36,371 nt of DNA from a virus (IMGVR_UViG_3300037566_000074:1-36371); one strand, 5' to 3'; positions 24,462 through 33,559 are shown, numbered from the stretch's first letter. Translations and numbers: made by a program. Notes: a model not told the origin generated them from the sequence alone.

Positions 24462-26230
24462 TAGATGTATGCTTTGTCTTTGGTGTTATACTGTGATTCT
24501 TTATTGTCTTCTTCTTGGGTTAGGTTTGCCGCTAAGCCCATTACTGCGGCTTGTATTGCGTCTATTCGTTTTTTTGCGTCGGTCTTTATATATCTTACGT
24601 CTTCATTTATTCCGAATTTTACATCTACGTTGGCCATCATCCAACGTAATATTGGATGACCACCGTGTCTTATTTTTCCGTTGTAGAGTAGACGTTCAAA
24701 TTCCATAGTTGGGAATGAGTAGTAATTAATTGTCTGTGGAAACACATACATATTTACTTCTTGCTTCATTAACTCTTGCACAAGCTCTGTTGATTTGTGC
24801 TTATCATAATCTACCCAGCTAACTTTGTGCAACCAATAGGTTTGTAGGATTGTGTTTTTAATATACTCGTAATCTATTTGGTTGCCTGGTGTGGCTGTTA
24901 AGATTTTACGGTTTTGTAAGTAGCTGTATTTTTCTAAATCTTCTGAAGTATAATTTATATAATCTAGTAGGTTAATGTCTTTCCAGTAGGTATATGGTAC
25001 TGCATCTTCTTTTGAGCGTTGACGCACTGTGTCTTCTGGACAGAAGATAAATGGTAGAATATCTACAAAGCCTTCTTCATCTGGTTTGCTTACTAAAACA
25101 TATGCACTTAAATCTGTTGTGCTACTTAGGTCCATACCTGATGCGCAACCGTATTTTGCAAAGTTTGATAATATTGGTTTGGCTGAGTTTTGCATCCATA
25201 TTTCGTCTGGTATTCTTACTTCTGCAGAATCTACCCAAATGTTTAGATGTTTGGTTTTAAAATTTGGTATCTTAGATGGTTGGTTTTTTGCTTTTTTATA
25301 TTCGGCACGTAAATAGTCTAGTGACACTGACTTTCCTAAATTTGGGTTGGCTTTTACCCAATTGGTTTCGTCTTCCCAGTCGTCGTCTTCATCTAAGTCA
25401 TGGATCATTATAAATGTGCGGTCTTCTTCTTTGATGCCTTTTACAATGTCTTTACATACGTCTTCATACTCTTTACAAACTCCGGACTTGTTAAATCCTG
25501 CAGTGGTGATAATGTAAATTAATGGTTGCTTTCTGGCTCCCATTGCTGACTCTAAAACCTCGCGCACTGAGTCGTCTTTATGAGAGTGGTACTCGTCTAT
25601 AAATGATGCGTTTGGCGACAGACCATCTAATGTTTTAGAATCAGATCCTAAAAATCTAAAGACACCCATATTGCGTGTAAAACGAATTTCGCGCTGTGTG
25701 TTTTTAAAACCAATTGCTCTGAGTTTAGGTGATGTAAATACAAATTGATAGGCTTGCTCCCAAAGGATTTTTGCTTGCATTTCTTTTGTGGCGCCTACAT
25801 ATATCTCTGGTGAGGATTCACCATCAAAAGATTCTAAGTATAATCCAACACCGGCAAGCGGTGCTGTTTTTCCGTTTTTCCGTGCTACTTTTTCATATAC
25901 AGTTGTTATAAGTCTAATCCACTCACCAGATTCATTTTGTTTTTGCCATGCAAAAATATTGTAGTATGTAAATTGCTGGTGTGGTGATAATGTAAATGGT
26001 TGACCTGCTTTTGGTCCTTTTGTATGTGTAAGAAACTCGTTAAAAAAATCTATTACATGCATTCCTAGAGAGTGATTTAGCCTATATCCTTTTTGATCTG
26101 CGGATTCTATTAGTTTGTAAAATCTATCTACTGCAGCTTTTATTAATTGGCCAACAACTATTTTACCAGACTTGACTGATTCTGCGTAATGAAATGGTGT
26201 GCTCTGTAATATGTGTTTTTCTAATTTCAT
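24461..26230 (-). CDS. Terminase large subunit
   Basis: ARKNGKT Walker A, FIDEYH Walker B, ITTAG, GMDLSSTTDL and RIDA nuclease motifs. Confidence 0.96.
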   Translation of the reverse strand: MKLEKHILQSTPFHYAESVKSGKIVVGQLIKAAVDRFYKLIESADQKGYRLNHSLGMHVIDFFNEFLTHTKGPKAGQPFTLSPHQQFTYYNIFAWQKQNESGEWIRLITTVYEKVARKNGKTAPLAGVGLYLESFDGESSPEIYVGATKEMQAKILWEQAYQFVFTSPKLRAIGFKNTQREIRFTRNMGVFRFLGSDSKTLDGLSPNASFIDEYHSHKDDSVREVLESAMGARKQPLIYIITTAGFNKSGVCKEYEDVCKDIVKGIKEEDRTFIMIHDLDEDDDWEDETNWVKANPNLGKSVSLDYLRAEYKKAKNQPSKIPNFKTKHLNIWVDSAEVRIPDEIWMQNSAKPILSNFAKYGCASGMDLSSTTDLSAYVLVSKPDEEGFVDILPFIFCPEDTVRQRSKEDAVPYTYWKDINLLDYINYTSEDLEKYSYLQNRKILTATPGNQIDYEYIKNTILQTYWLHKVSWVDYDKHKSTELVQELMKQEVNMYVFPQTINYYSFPTMEFERLLYNGKIRHGGHPILRWMMANVDVKFGINEDVRYIKTDAKKRIDAIQAAVMGLAANLTQEEDNKESQYNTKDKAYI

Positions 26231-26664
26231 TAATTAGTTTTTCTATTAGCAAATCCGGTAAATAAATCACCCTGTGAAGGATCTACCATTCCTTTAAGTT
26301 CTTTTTCTGATTTTGGATCTAAACCAAATAATTTAAAGCACTGCATTATTGCTTTTTCTGCATCTCGTTTTAAAGTTACTTCTACAGATATGTTTTTAGC
26401 ACCTGATTGATATTTTTGGATATAACCACTTCCTGGTTTATTTCTGTTTTTATTACGTATTTCTCTAATGGCCCATTCCCATTGTTCTAAGTTTTCACAT
26501 AAAACTTCTAGAGTTGGTAAATGAATTGATTTTAAACTATCGTTTGCAATCAATATTTTTCCCATTCTCTTATAATGAAATTTTGCTTTACTCCCTAAAA
26601 AAGCTGATGGTTTAGGAAGCTCTTTTAAAAATTCTGAACCTTTACTTAACGACACTACTTGCAT
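26230..26664 (-). CDS. Terminase small subunit (P27-like)
   Basis: LPKPSAFL...FGLDPKS motifs, directly upstream of TerL. Confidence 0.85.
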   Translation of the reverse strand: MQVVSLSKGSEFLKELPKPSAFLGSKAKFHYKRMGKILIANDSLKSIHLPTLEVLCENLEQWEWAIREIRNKNRNKPGSGYIQKYQSGAKNISVEVTLKRDAEKAIMQCFKLFGLDPKSEKELKGMVDPSQGDLFTGFANRKTN

Positions 26665-26770
26665 AACTGTTATTTTTAACCCCCCCCCTTCAAAACTTAC
26701 ACCGAGTAAAATTTTGATTAAGTGGCGATGTACACTTATTTTAATTTTTTATGATTTAACCCATCCCCTC
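26665..26770. other. Candidate cos/packaging region
   Basis: Lies between HNH and TerS as in HK97-like cos phages, with G-rich tracts on the minus strand. The exact cut site cannot be determined. Confidence 0.45.
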
Positions 26771-27089
26771 TATTTGAATGAGAATCTCTACCAGATTTCT
26801 TATTATGACAACTATGATTCATACTTTTCAACTCTTTTAAATCATATGGATCTAATCCATTATCTAAAAGAAATTGTAACCCTCTTGTGTGATCAGCGAC
26901 ATCTGCTTGCCTAACTCTACCAAGTCTAACACACTCATCACATTCACACAGCGGATTCAACTCTCTTTTAAGTTTAGAAACTTTGCGCCACTTGCGACTA
27001 TTATAAAACTTACTATTGTCTTTTCGTCTACCAAAAGCGACACGCTCTTGCACCCACGGTCTTTTAATATTACCTGGTTTACTTGGCAT
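26736..27089 (-). CDS. HNH endonuclease (terminase-associated, HK97 gp74-like)
   Basis: FYNSRKWRK, PLCECDEC, ADH and SCHNKKS. Confidence 0.88.
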   Translation of the reverse strand: MPSKPGNIKRPWVQERVAFGRRKDNSKFYNSRKWRKVSKLKRELNPLCECDECVRLGRVRQADVADHTRGLQFLLDNGLDPYDLKELKSMNHSCHNKKSGRDSHSNRGDGLNHKKLK

Positions 27090-27091
27090 AA

Positions 27092-28495
27092 TTAATACGG
27101 TACATCATTATTATCATTCAATACTTTCTCAACTACAGAAGGATCTACAAACTTTGTTTTGTTCTCAATAAAATGCAATCCAACATTACCAAGAGCACCA
27201 TTACGATTCTTACTAACTAACAAACAAGCATTCTCATAACCAACCAAACCAAGTTCCTCATATAAATCCGGTGTTGTTTCTGGCTTATATCCATAATAAG
27301 AAGGCCTATATAATAACCCAATAACATCTGCTGCTTCTTCAATAGCAGAAGACTCTTTAAGGTGATGCTTCCCAGGAATACAGTAACGAGCCTTTCTAAC
27401 CTCTCTACTTAACTGAGACAATGCAATCACAGGTATTTCTAACTCCTTAGCTAAGTTTTTACATGCCCTAGCAGCTTCACTAATATTTATTCTAATATCC
27501 TTATCACCACTAAACATCTGCACAAAATCAATAACTAATAATTTAATATTGTTCTTACGCTTCATTGCTCTAGCTTTACGCTTCATTTCTAATACAGTAA
27601 GCGCGGGTTGGTCATCAATATAAATAGGCAGCTTACTAAGTTCTTCAGTAACTTTAAGTAAACCTTCAAAATATTTCTGTTTTTCAAAGCCATTACGCAT
27701 CAACTGATTTAAGTGATAATTACTTTCATTAGCAACACCACGAATAGCCAACTGTATCACACTCATTTCCATGCTAAACATGCCAACAGCATTACCTTCT
27801 TTAGCAGCAGACAACATAAAGTTTAAAACCAAAGCAGTCTTACCCATACCAGAATCAGCACCAATAACAATAAAATCTTCTTTTTGCCAACCACTAAAGT
27901 GTTTATCAACAGCCTTTAATCCAGTTGGAAGCCCTGTAATAGAGCCTTGATTATTAGTCAAAAACTCAACACGTTTAGGAATACTAAACATAGCATCAGA
28001 CCAACTTAAAGACGTATGACCTTTAGAAACCATTTCAGAAATACCATCAACCTTACTGGTTGCAGATTCTAACAAATCAAAAACATCTACGGTTTCATCA
28101 TAAGCATTTGATATAATATCATTACTTATAGAAATCAATTTGCGCTTCATGTAATTCTGCATAATTATTCTAGCAGAAAAATCTAAACTAGCAGAATCAT
28201 TAACCTTTTCAGTAAGCTGAATTAAATAATAAAAACCACCAACCTTATCTAAATCACCATTTACAATCAACTGTTCAGGTACTGACTGTAAATCAACATT
28301 TTCACTAGAAGCATTTAAGATCTTCATAGCTTTAAATATCAGTTGGTGAGCAGTTTTATAAAAAACATTCTCATCAGTAAAAACCGATAACAACTCATCC
28401 ATAGCTTTAGGGAATTGCAAACACGCACCTAATACATAAACTTCCTGATCTACAGCCTGTGGAGGCAATTTTCCTTTTTGTAATGTCTTATCCAA
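27092..28495 (-). CDS. dnaB: Phage-encoded replicative DNA helicase
   Basis: LPPQAVDQE, GLPTGL, GADSGMGKT, FSMEMS, VIDFVQ, ALSQLSR and KNRNG. Confidence 0.93.
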   Translation of the reverse strand: MDKTLQKGKLPPQAVDQEVYVLGACLQFPKAMDELLSVFTDENVFYKTAHQLIFKAMKILNASSENVDLQSVPEQLIVNGDLDKVGGFYYLIQLTEKVNDSASLDFSARIIMQNYMKRKLISISNDIISNAYDETVDVFDLLESATSKVDGISEMVSKGHTSLSWSDAMFSIPKRVEFLTNNQGSITGLPTGLKAVDKHFSGWQKEDFIVIGADSGMGKTALVLNFMLSAAKEGNAVGMFSMEMSVIQLAIRGVANESNYHLNQLMRNGFEKQKYFEGLLKVTEELSKLPIYIDDQPALTVLEMKRKARAMKRKNNIKLLVIDFVQMFSGDKDIRINISEAARACKNLAKELEIPVIALSQLSREVRKARYCIPGKHHLKESSAIEEAADVIGLLYRPSYYGYKPETTPDLYEELGLVGYENACLLVSKNRNGALGNVGLHFIENKTKFVDPSVVEKVLNDNNDVPY

Positions 28496-29150
28496 TTTTC
28501 TTAAATTCTGGTCTAATTACTTTATCATCATTACTCTGGTTAGCATTCAAATACCTAACCCTATTCTTAGCGTACTTTACCAACTCACCAAACAAGTTTT
28601 TAGGATAATCTTTACCATCCCAAGTCAAATCAAAATCTTCAATAAAGCTGTTATAATCAGCATCAGTTTTAAACTGCTTTTTAAAACGCATTTCAAATTC
28701 CTGCTCAAAGCGAGAAGGATAATTAACCTTTAAAAATTCTGAAGCTTTTTCTTTATATATTAAACTTGTATTATTAATTGTAATATTCTCATATATTGAA
28801 GTGACTTTTTCGTCACTAGGTAGTGACTTTTTCGTCACTAGGGTAGTGACTTTTTCGTCACTAGGTAGTGACTTTTTCGTCACTAGGCTAATTTTACGTT
28901 TATTCCCTTGTATCTTATTGACTTTCACATCAATATATCCACGTTCTTCAAGCTGACTAATCCATCTACTAATGGTCTTATGATTTACACCATAAAGCGC
29001 CGCGAAATAATCATTTTGAGCCCAGCAAAAACCCTGAGCACCACACAAGGCAGTTATCTCACCATAAAGCAACTTAGCATTAGCTTTTAGTTTTATATCA
29101 TACCTAACATCTGCAGGTATTATTGCGTAATAATTTGGTTGATTTATCAT
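28488..29150 (-). CDS. Replication initiator (N-terminal HTH, lambda O-like organisation)
   Basis: YYAIIPADVRYD..L...AKLLYGEI..L...GFCWA.N.YFA HTH, internal iterons, upstream of the helicase. Confidence 0.85.
   Translation of the reverse strand: MINQPNYYAIIPADVRYDIKLKANAKLLYGEITALCGAQGFCWAQNDYFAALYGVNHKTISRWISQLEERGYIDVKVNKIQGNKRKISLVTKKSLPSDEKVTTLVTKKSLPSDEKVTSIYENITINNTSLIYKEKASEFLKVNYPSRFEQEFEMRFKKQFKTDADYNSFIEDFDLTWDGKDYPKNLFGELVKYAKNRVRYLNANQSNDDKVIRPEFKKIG
28800..28887. repeat. Four iterons: probable phage replication origin
   Basis: GTGACTTTTTCGTCACTAGG at 28801, 28823, 28846 and 28868, with an AT-rich tract at 28741..28800. Confidence 0.88.
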
Positions 29151-29347
29151 TGTGTCAAGGTTTCAACAGTTTCTCTAAGAGACTTAATCTCTGATCTAAA
29201 ATTCTTAATATCCACAGATGCAAAATGATAATCAGAAGGCAACTCTGGCATATCCATTATTTTTTCAGAAATCTCTATTTCTTTATTCAATTCTGCAATA
29301 CGCTTCTCAATACAGCGTATTGCTTTATAATGTTTTAATTCAGGCAT
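29147..29347 (-). CDS. Small coiled-coil hypothetical protein
   Basis: Coupled to the initiator start. Confidence 0.6.
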   Translation of the reverse strand: MPELKHYKAIRCIEKRIAELNKEIEISEKIMDMPELPSDYHFASVDIKNFRSEIKSLRETVETLTQ

Positions 29348-29349
29348 AG

Positions 29350-29514
29350 TTATAGCGTATTAAAATTATACTCAGCCTTCAATTCACCATTAAACTTAGT
29401 CTTAACCAAGCAATGATAATTGTTAGGCACCCTAAAACCAGTTATAGGATTAAAATTGGTATTCCAAAAATCCTTACGACCATTAAGGTGCTGCTCTTTA
29501 TACTTCTTACTCAT
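29350..29514 (-). CDS. Hypothetical protein, 54 aa (not in ORF track)
   Basis: MSKKYKEQHLNGRKDFWNTNFNPITGF..., ATGA-coupled and gap-filling. Confidence 0.5.
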   Translation of the reverse strand: MSKKYKEQHLNGRKDFWNTNFNPITGFRVPNNYHCLVKTKFNGELKAEYNFNTL

Positions 29515-29612
29515 ACAAACCAGGTATTATTAGCTGCAAGTGCTAAGATGATTAAACCAATCATTAAAAGACAATACCATGCAATTTTATACGTATTAGA
29601 TTCTTCAGCCAT
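29511..29612 (-). CDS. Small TM peptide, 33 aa (not in ORF track)
   Basis: MAEESNTYKIAWYCLLMIGLIILALAANNTWFV fills a gap in the early operon. Confidence 0.45.
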   Translation of the reverse strand: MAEESNTYKIAWYCLLMIGLIILALAANNTWFV

Positions 29613-29618
29613 AGTTAT

Positions 29619-29927
29619 TTACTTTTTAATTATTTCAAAAATCATATTAGGATCTATATTTAACTTCATCACTCTACGTTTTATAAACATCTCAGTAACA
29701 CCACACTCATAAGCAGCATGCTTTATATTACCACCAGGAAAGTTTTTTCTTAAATAATCGTCTACCTGTTTAATATTCATTTTATCCTTCCAATATCTAG
29801 CGGTTACATTAGCAACCCAGTTTCTTTTTAAGCCAGTTTTTATACTTATTTCATTATCAGCAACACCTTTATCAGCAAGTTCAAAAACCTTAAAAAAATC
29901 AGATGTCTTATGTTTATAATTAGCCAT
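29619..29927 (-). CDS. Double-HTH DNA-binding protein
   Basis: ADNEISIKTGLKRNWVA and NIKHAAYECGVTEMFI HTH-like segments. Confidence 0.6.
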   Translation of the reverse strand: MANYKHKTSDFFKVFELADKGVADNEISIKTGLKRNWVANVTARYWKDKMNIKQVDDYLRKNFPGGNIKHAAYECGVTEMFIKRRVMKLNIDPNMIFEIIKK

Positions 29928-29936
29928 ATCACTACT

Positions 29937-29976
29937 AAAAAAACACTCTTAACTACTCTTATTCGCTAAGAGTGTT
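29937..29976 (-). terminator. Intrinsic terminator in early operon
   Basis: AACACTCTTA...TAAGAGTGTT stem with an A tract on the left (U tract on minus). Confidence 0.55.
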
Positions 29977-30043
29977 CAGCTATTAATCAACACTTAGTAA
30001 AGGCAATGGTGTTAAAACAAATTTTAATTGTTATACTTAAAAT

Positions 30044-30409
30044 TTACGAAGCCTTTACATGGTTAATCCCTAATTGCTCAATAAAGCTATCTACAAATGC
30101 TTTGCGCTCACTATCAGTAAGGCAACGCTCGTACTCTTGCTGTATGCAGGTCTTCAAAAAATATTTGTAGATCCGTTACTGCTTTGCAATACTACTAATA
30201 GAGTAGTGGCAGTGGTGATGCAGCAAAAAACAAAGCAATTTTTTAGCATCGCTATTATCTTTCCAGTCTGTTAAGGCATTAATGTTAATATCATAATGGT
30301 CCGCCACCAATTGCTCTAAGCGCACCACACGCGGATCTACAATACAACCAAGCGTTACAGTATCATGTATATCTACACCAACATATGTACCGTTAACCAA
30401 GACTTTCAT
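30044..30409 (-). pseudogene. DnaA C-terminal-like HTH protein with in-frame stop at 30178..30176
   Basis: AKKLLCFLLHHHCHYSISSIAKQ resembles DnaA domain IV, and the frame stays open for 43 more codons after the TAA. Confidence 0.5.
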
Positions 30410-30591
30410 TATTTATAATTTTAATAAAACATAAAAGGGTTTTGAAGCGTCAGAAGCCATATTGCTGAACAAACCCGATTGACTAAAGTTCTTTAGGTCG
30501 TCAATCCTAAAGCCATTTTTATAATTCGCGTCAAACTATACGCTAAGGGGTTCCACTATGTTATGGGAAACGAAAGAACAGCTTCTCACCT

Positions 30592-30798
30592 TTATGTTTT
30601 ATTTATTAATTCCAACTTCTTACGAGCCAAGGCAAACACCCTTTGCATATCTTCATAACTCAAGCCAGCAGCTTTAAGCTCGTTTATCCACTTATTAGCT
30701 AATTGCTCTGGTGTCATCATCATTAGTATTATCACCATCCAAAACCAATACAGGATATTGCTTACCAACCCTACAATTAAGACTACTTTGCAAATCAT
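30592..30798 (-). CDS. Hypothetical protein (start uncertain)
   Basis: ORF track and early-operon orientation. Confidence 0.45.
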   Translation of the reverse strand: MICKVVLIVGLVSNILYWFWMVIILMMMTPEQLANKWINELKAAGLSYEDMQRVFALARKKLELINKT

Positions 30799-30822
30799 AA
30801 AACCTACTCACACTATCACTCA

Positions 30823-31134
30823 TTACTTATCGTTTAATCTGTTAATACAAGCAGTTGTAATGTATAGCTTACCACTACGATCTGTAAAATGTTCACGCTC
30901 AGTAATACGTCCATCCTTCACCATGGTCTTAACCGTTTTTATACTCTTTACACCATCTATAAGCTGAAACTTAGCCACCTCATAAGGCGTTACCTTAGTA
31001 CGTTTCATCAGTCTAGACTTAGCCTTTTGCAGCTGCATAGCAGGTTCTACCAAACTAGCAGGCACTACAGCCAAGCCCTTAGCAGCCAAACCAGCCACCA
31101 ATTCATCTACCATTTGTTTTTGCGACTCACTCAT
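30823..31134 (-). CDS. Excisionase-like winged-helix DNA-binding protein
   Basis: VTPYEVAK...KTVKTMVKDGRI pattern, in the early lytic operon. Confidence 0.5.
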   Translation of the reverse strand: MSESQKQMVDELVAGLAAKGLAVVPASLVEPAMQLQKAKSRLMKRTKVTPYEVAKFQLIDGVKSIKTVKTMVKDGRITEREHFTDRSGKLYITTACINRLNDK

Positions 31135-31225
31135 TCCACTTCTTTATTATTAACTCTATACCAGCAATAAAAAATGCCAGTAAAAAGACAATTACAATTA
31201 CCTTAGTTACCGACACTTCTATCAT
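31127..31225 (-). CDS. Small TM peptide, 32 aa (not in ORF track)
   Basis: MIEVSVTKVIVIVFLLAFFIAGIELIIKKWNE overlaps both neighbours. Confidence 0.4.
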   Translation of the reverse strand: MIEVSVTKVIVIVFLLAFFIAGIELIIKKWNE

Positions 31226-31388
31226 TTTCAATCATATTTATTTCAATACCGAACAATAAAGCCCAAAACACCAAGCCCAATAGCACAAAAAACCATCCAA
31301 GACCCATACGTTCATAAAGCATAAAACCTATACCAACCACCAACAGTAGCAGATACATTATATGCAAACATGTGTTTAGCTTCTTCAT
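31203..31388 (-). CDS. Small two-TM membrane protein
   Basis: Two hydrophobic helices, coupled to the cro-like gene. Confidence 0.6.
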   Translation of the reverse strand: MKKLNTCLHIMYLLLLVVGIGFMLYERMGLGWFFVLLGLVFWALLFGIEINMIENDRSVGN

Positions 31389-31615
31389 TGTTGTGTAGTA
31401 TTTTCATTAGTTATATAAGCAATAAGATCTGCCTTTACCTGGTTGGTCAATGCCTTGGGCACAGAGTAATAACCATTAATCCAATGATTGGTAATTGTTC
31501 TTGGTGTCTTATTATAATCTTCAGCCAATTGCTCAGCCAAAGCACTTTTATCATCAACAAGAGCTACCAACTCTTTAATAGTTTTAGTTTCTAAATCATT
31601 TGTTGTCACACTCAT
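31385..31615 (-). CDS. Cro-like regulator
   Basis: First gene of the leftward operon, divergent from the repressor, with an LAEQLAEDYNKTPRTITNHW HTH-like segment. Confidence 0.6.
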   Translation of the reverse strand: MSVTTNDLETKTIKELVALVDDKSALAEQLAEDYNKTPRTITNHWINGYYSVPKALTNQVKADLIAYITNENTTQQ

Positions 31616-31677
31616 TTTTCAATTGTTTTAACCACCAAATAATAATTTTGTATATTTGTGGTGGTGGTTGACACTAG

Positions 31678-31709
31678 CAAAAATACTAACTAAAACAAAC
31701 AAATACAAA
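31678..31709 (-). promoter_or_regulatory. Leftward (lytic early) promoter
   Basis: Minus strand TTTG(31709-31706)-N20-TATTTTTG(31685-31678), the canonical Bacteroidota -33/-7 layout. Confidence 0.65.
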
Positions 31710-31803
31710 CTACAACCTAACTAAAGTTTGTTAAAGTTCGTTATTTATATCTGTTCTAAATAATTTTAGAAATAAAAGCAGATGTGATAATAATGACATA
31801 GAC

Positions 31804-32247
31804 ATGGAAAATATTGAGTTACTTCACGATATAGTAGCCTCAAAAAGAGAGAGTTACAAAATATCATACAAAAAAATGGGAGATGTAATATCTTATAGTG
31901 ACGTAGGAATGAAAAAGGCTCTTAAAAACAAAACCTTATCAATTCAACAGTTACAAAAAATTATTGATGAGTTTGAATTTAAATTGCCAAGTTCGAATAT
32001 GTTAGCAAAAGAACCCGAAACCAGCTATCAAGAAGATCTATTAGAATACAATGAAGAATTAATCCGTTACAAAGCCAAAACCCTAAACGAGCTAAGAGAC
32101 ATAGCCTATAAGTTTTTGGCAAACGAAAAAGAACTTTACCAACACCATCTGTTACCAGATAATCGCGAAATGCACTTTTGGTTACGTTATAAAGAAATTG
32201 TAGATAAATACGGTAGTGTAGACAACTACCTAAAACAAGAAGTCTAA
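31804..32247 (+). CDS. CI-like repressor (N-terminal XRE-type HTH, no S24 peptidase domain)
   Basis: KRESYKISYKKMGDVISYSDVGMKKAL...LSIQQLQKI and the LAKEPETSY linker; divergent from the cro-like gene. Confidence 0.7.
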   Translation: MENIELLHDIVASKRESYKISYKKMGDVISYSDVGMKKALKNKTLSIQQLQKIIDEFEFKLPSSNMLAKEPETSYQEDLLEYNEELIRYKAKTLNELRDIAYKFLANEKELYQHHLLPDNREMHFWLRYKEIVDKYGSVDNYLKQEV

Positions 32248-32255
32248 TCCCTTCG

Positions 32256-32432
32256 CTAAGACGCGTTTCTGCGGCCTTTCATTTGCGCTTTAATTTTTTT
32301 TTGTATAGTATTAGGCATATCACGCAACTTTTCATGGTGGTGCAGCTTTCGTGCCAACCAATCAATAGTATCTTCACAAACCACTTGGCCACTATCCCTT
32401 AACTCTTCTTTTATGTCGTCTAAGCGGCTCAT
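32256..32432 (-). CDS. Small cytoplasmic protein, 58 aa (not in ORF track)
   Basis: MSRLDDIKEELRDSGQVVCEDTIDWLARKL..., with ATGA overlap on the membrane protein stop. Confidence 0.6.
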   Translation of the reverse strand: MSRLDDIKEELRDSGQVVCEDTIDWLARKLHHHEKLRDMPNTIQKKIKAQMKGRRNAS

Positions 32433-33076
32433 TTTATAAGGTTACTATCTTTAGTTGTGCCATACAAATCTTCTAAAAATTCAGCATGGTTGTCCGTTCT
32501 ATATTCCCACTTTTGCAAAAGGTTAAAATAGTTTAACAAAGACAACTGCAAAGACTTTACACGTTGTTTTAGCTCAGTAATCTCAACCTTGTAACGCTTA
32601 GGTAGGTAGATTAATAATAACACCATAATAACAGCACTAACAATAGCCACGATATAGTACCAAAAAGGGCTTAATCCTATTCTGGCATAAGAATTTCTAT
32701 AAGGAAAAAAAGTAATGACAAAATAAAACAATGAAAAAAAGTAAAGCGCACCAATAATAATATTAGCAAACAACAAACCTTTAGAATCGTCTATATAAAT
32801 AGTTACCAAACGCTGCAGAAAATACCCAAAAGCAAAAAACAGCACAGGGTACATCATACTAGCAAAAAAAACAGACCAGTACTCATAGCCAAACCAGCCA
32901 CCTTTATTAATCTCTGGATGGTACAAAAAATAAATGTGCGCAAACATAAAGAATGGCACATTTATACATAAAAATACGGTAAAAGGATTAGCCACCACTA
33001 TTTGTAGGGCCTTCCTCATGGTCTGGTATGCCGTTACAGTTGGTGTCTGGTGCTGGGCAACTTGCTGTTTCTTCAT
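32429..33076 (-). CDS. Polytopic membrane protein with C-terminal coiled coil (true start probably near 32998 or 32948)
   Basis: About 4-5 hydrophobic helices. The first ~29 codons overlap the upstream lipopeptide gene. Confidence 0.7.
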   Translation of the reverse strand: MKKQQVAQHQTPTVTAYQTMRKALQIVVANPFTVFLCINVPFFMFAHIYFLYHPEINKGGWFGYEYWSVFFASMMYPVLFFAFGYFLQRLVTIYIDDSKGLLFANIIIGALYFFSLFYFVITFFPYRNSYARIGLSPFWYYIVAIVSAVIMVLLLIYLPKRYKVEITELKQRVKSLQLSLLNYFNLLQKWEYRTDNHAEFLEDLYGTTKDSNLIK

Positions 33077-33149
33077 TGTTAAGATCGGTTGTTGGTGTAC
33101 AACTTAGCACAAGCGCCAACAACGCGAGAATTAAAACTACTTTTTTCAT
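32988..33149 (-). CDS. Small lipoprotein, 53 aa (not in ORF track)
   Basis: MKKVVLILALLALVLS|CTPTTDLNNEETASCPAPDTNCNGIPDHEEGPTNSGG has a clear lipobox, an acidic mature peptide, a Cys pair and a DxNxNGxxD motif. Confidence 0.75.
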   Translation of the reverse strand: MKKVVLILALLALVLSCTPTTDLNNEETASCPAPDTNCNGIPDHEEGPTNSGG

Positions 33150-33376
33150 TGTATATAATTTTACGAGTTAATAATTAACTATAAAATACGTATATACAAG
33201 ATGTGATAGCCTTAGATTTTACTAAAGTTATACAATTATTTTTAACTATTATTAATTAAGGGTAAGGGAAAAATAGTTAAACTAAAACAGGATGTACAAT
33301 ATACATCCAAAAATATAATCTCACTATTAAAACCTATATCATTTCGATTAAATGTTCGCTTTTTTCGTTTTCAATG

Positions 33377-33529
33377 TTAACAATTTATAAAACTATCAAC
33401 ATGATCTGTAAGTACATTTTTAATGTACTGGTTAAGACTAACACCAGCCTTTGCCGCCAATACATTCAACTTGTGCGCCACACTATCTTCGTCTTTTAAA
33501 TCACCAGGTATATCAATCAATTTTTTCAA
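33377..33529 (-). CDS. Ribbon-helix-helix (Arc/HicB-like) regulator, 50 aa (not in ORF track)
   Basis: TTG start, KKLIDIP strand and LAAKAGVSLNQYIKNVL helix pair; TATATTTG promoter at 33567..33560. Confidence 0.65.
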   Translation of the reverse strand: MKKLIDIPGDLKDEDSVAHKLNVLAAKAGVSLNQYIKNVLTDHVDSFINC

Positions 33530-33559
33530 AATGAATCTATTAATTATGGGTTAATAATG

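Noticed and set aside
28800-28887. Palindromic repeats as a mini-CRISPR array
   Set aside because: Spacers are only 2-3 nt, the repeats lie inside a replication gene, and no cas genes are present.
33377-33529. HicAB toxin-antitoxin module
   Set aside because: Only an RHH domain is present, with no adjacent HicA-like ORF.
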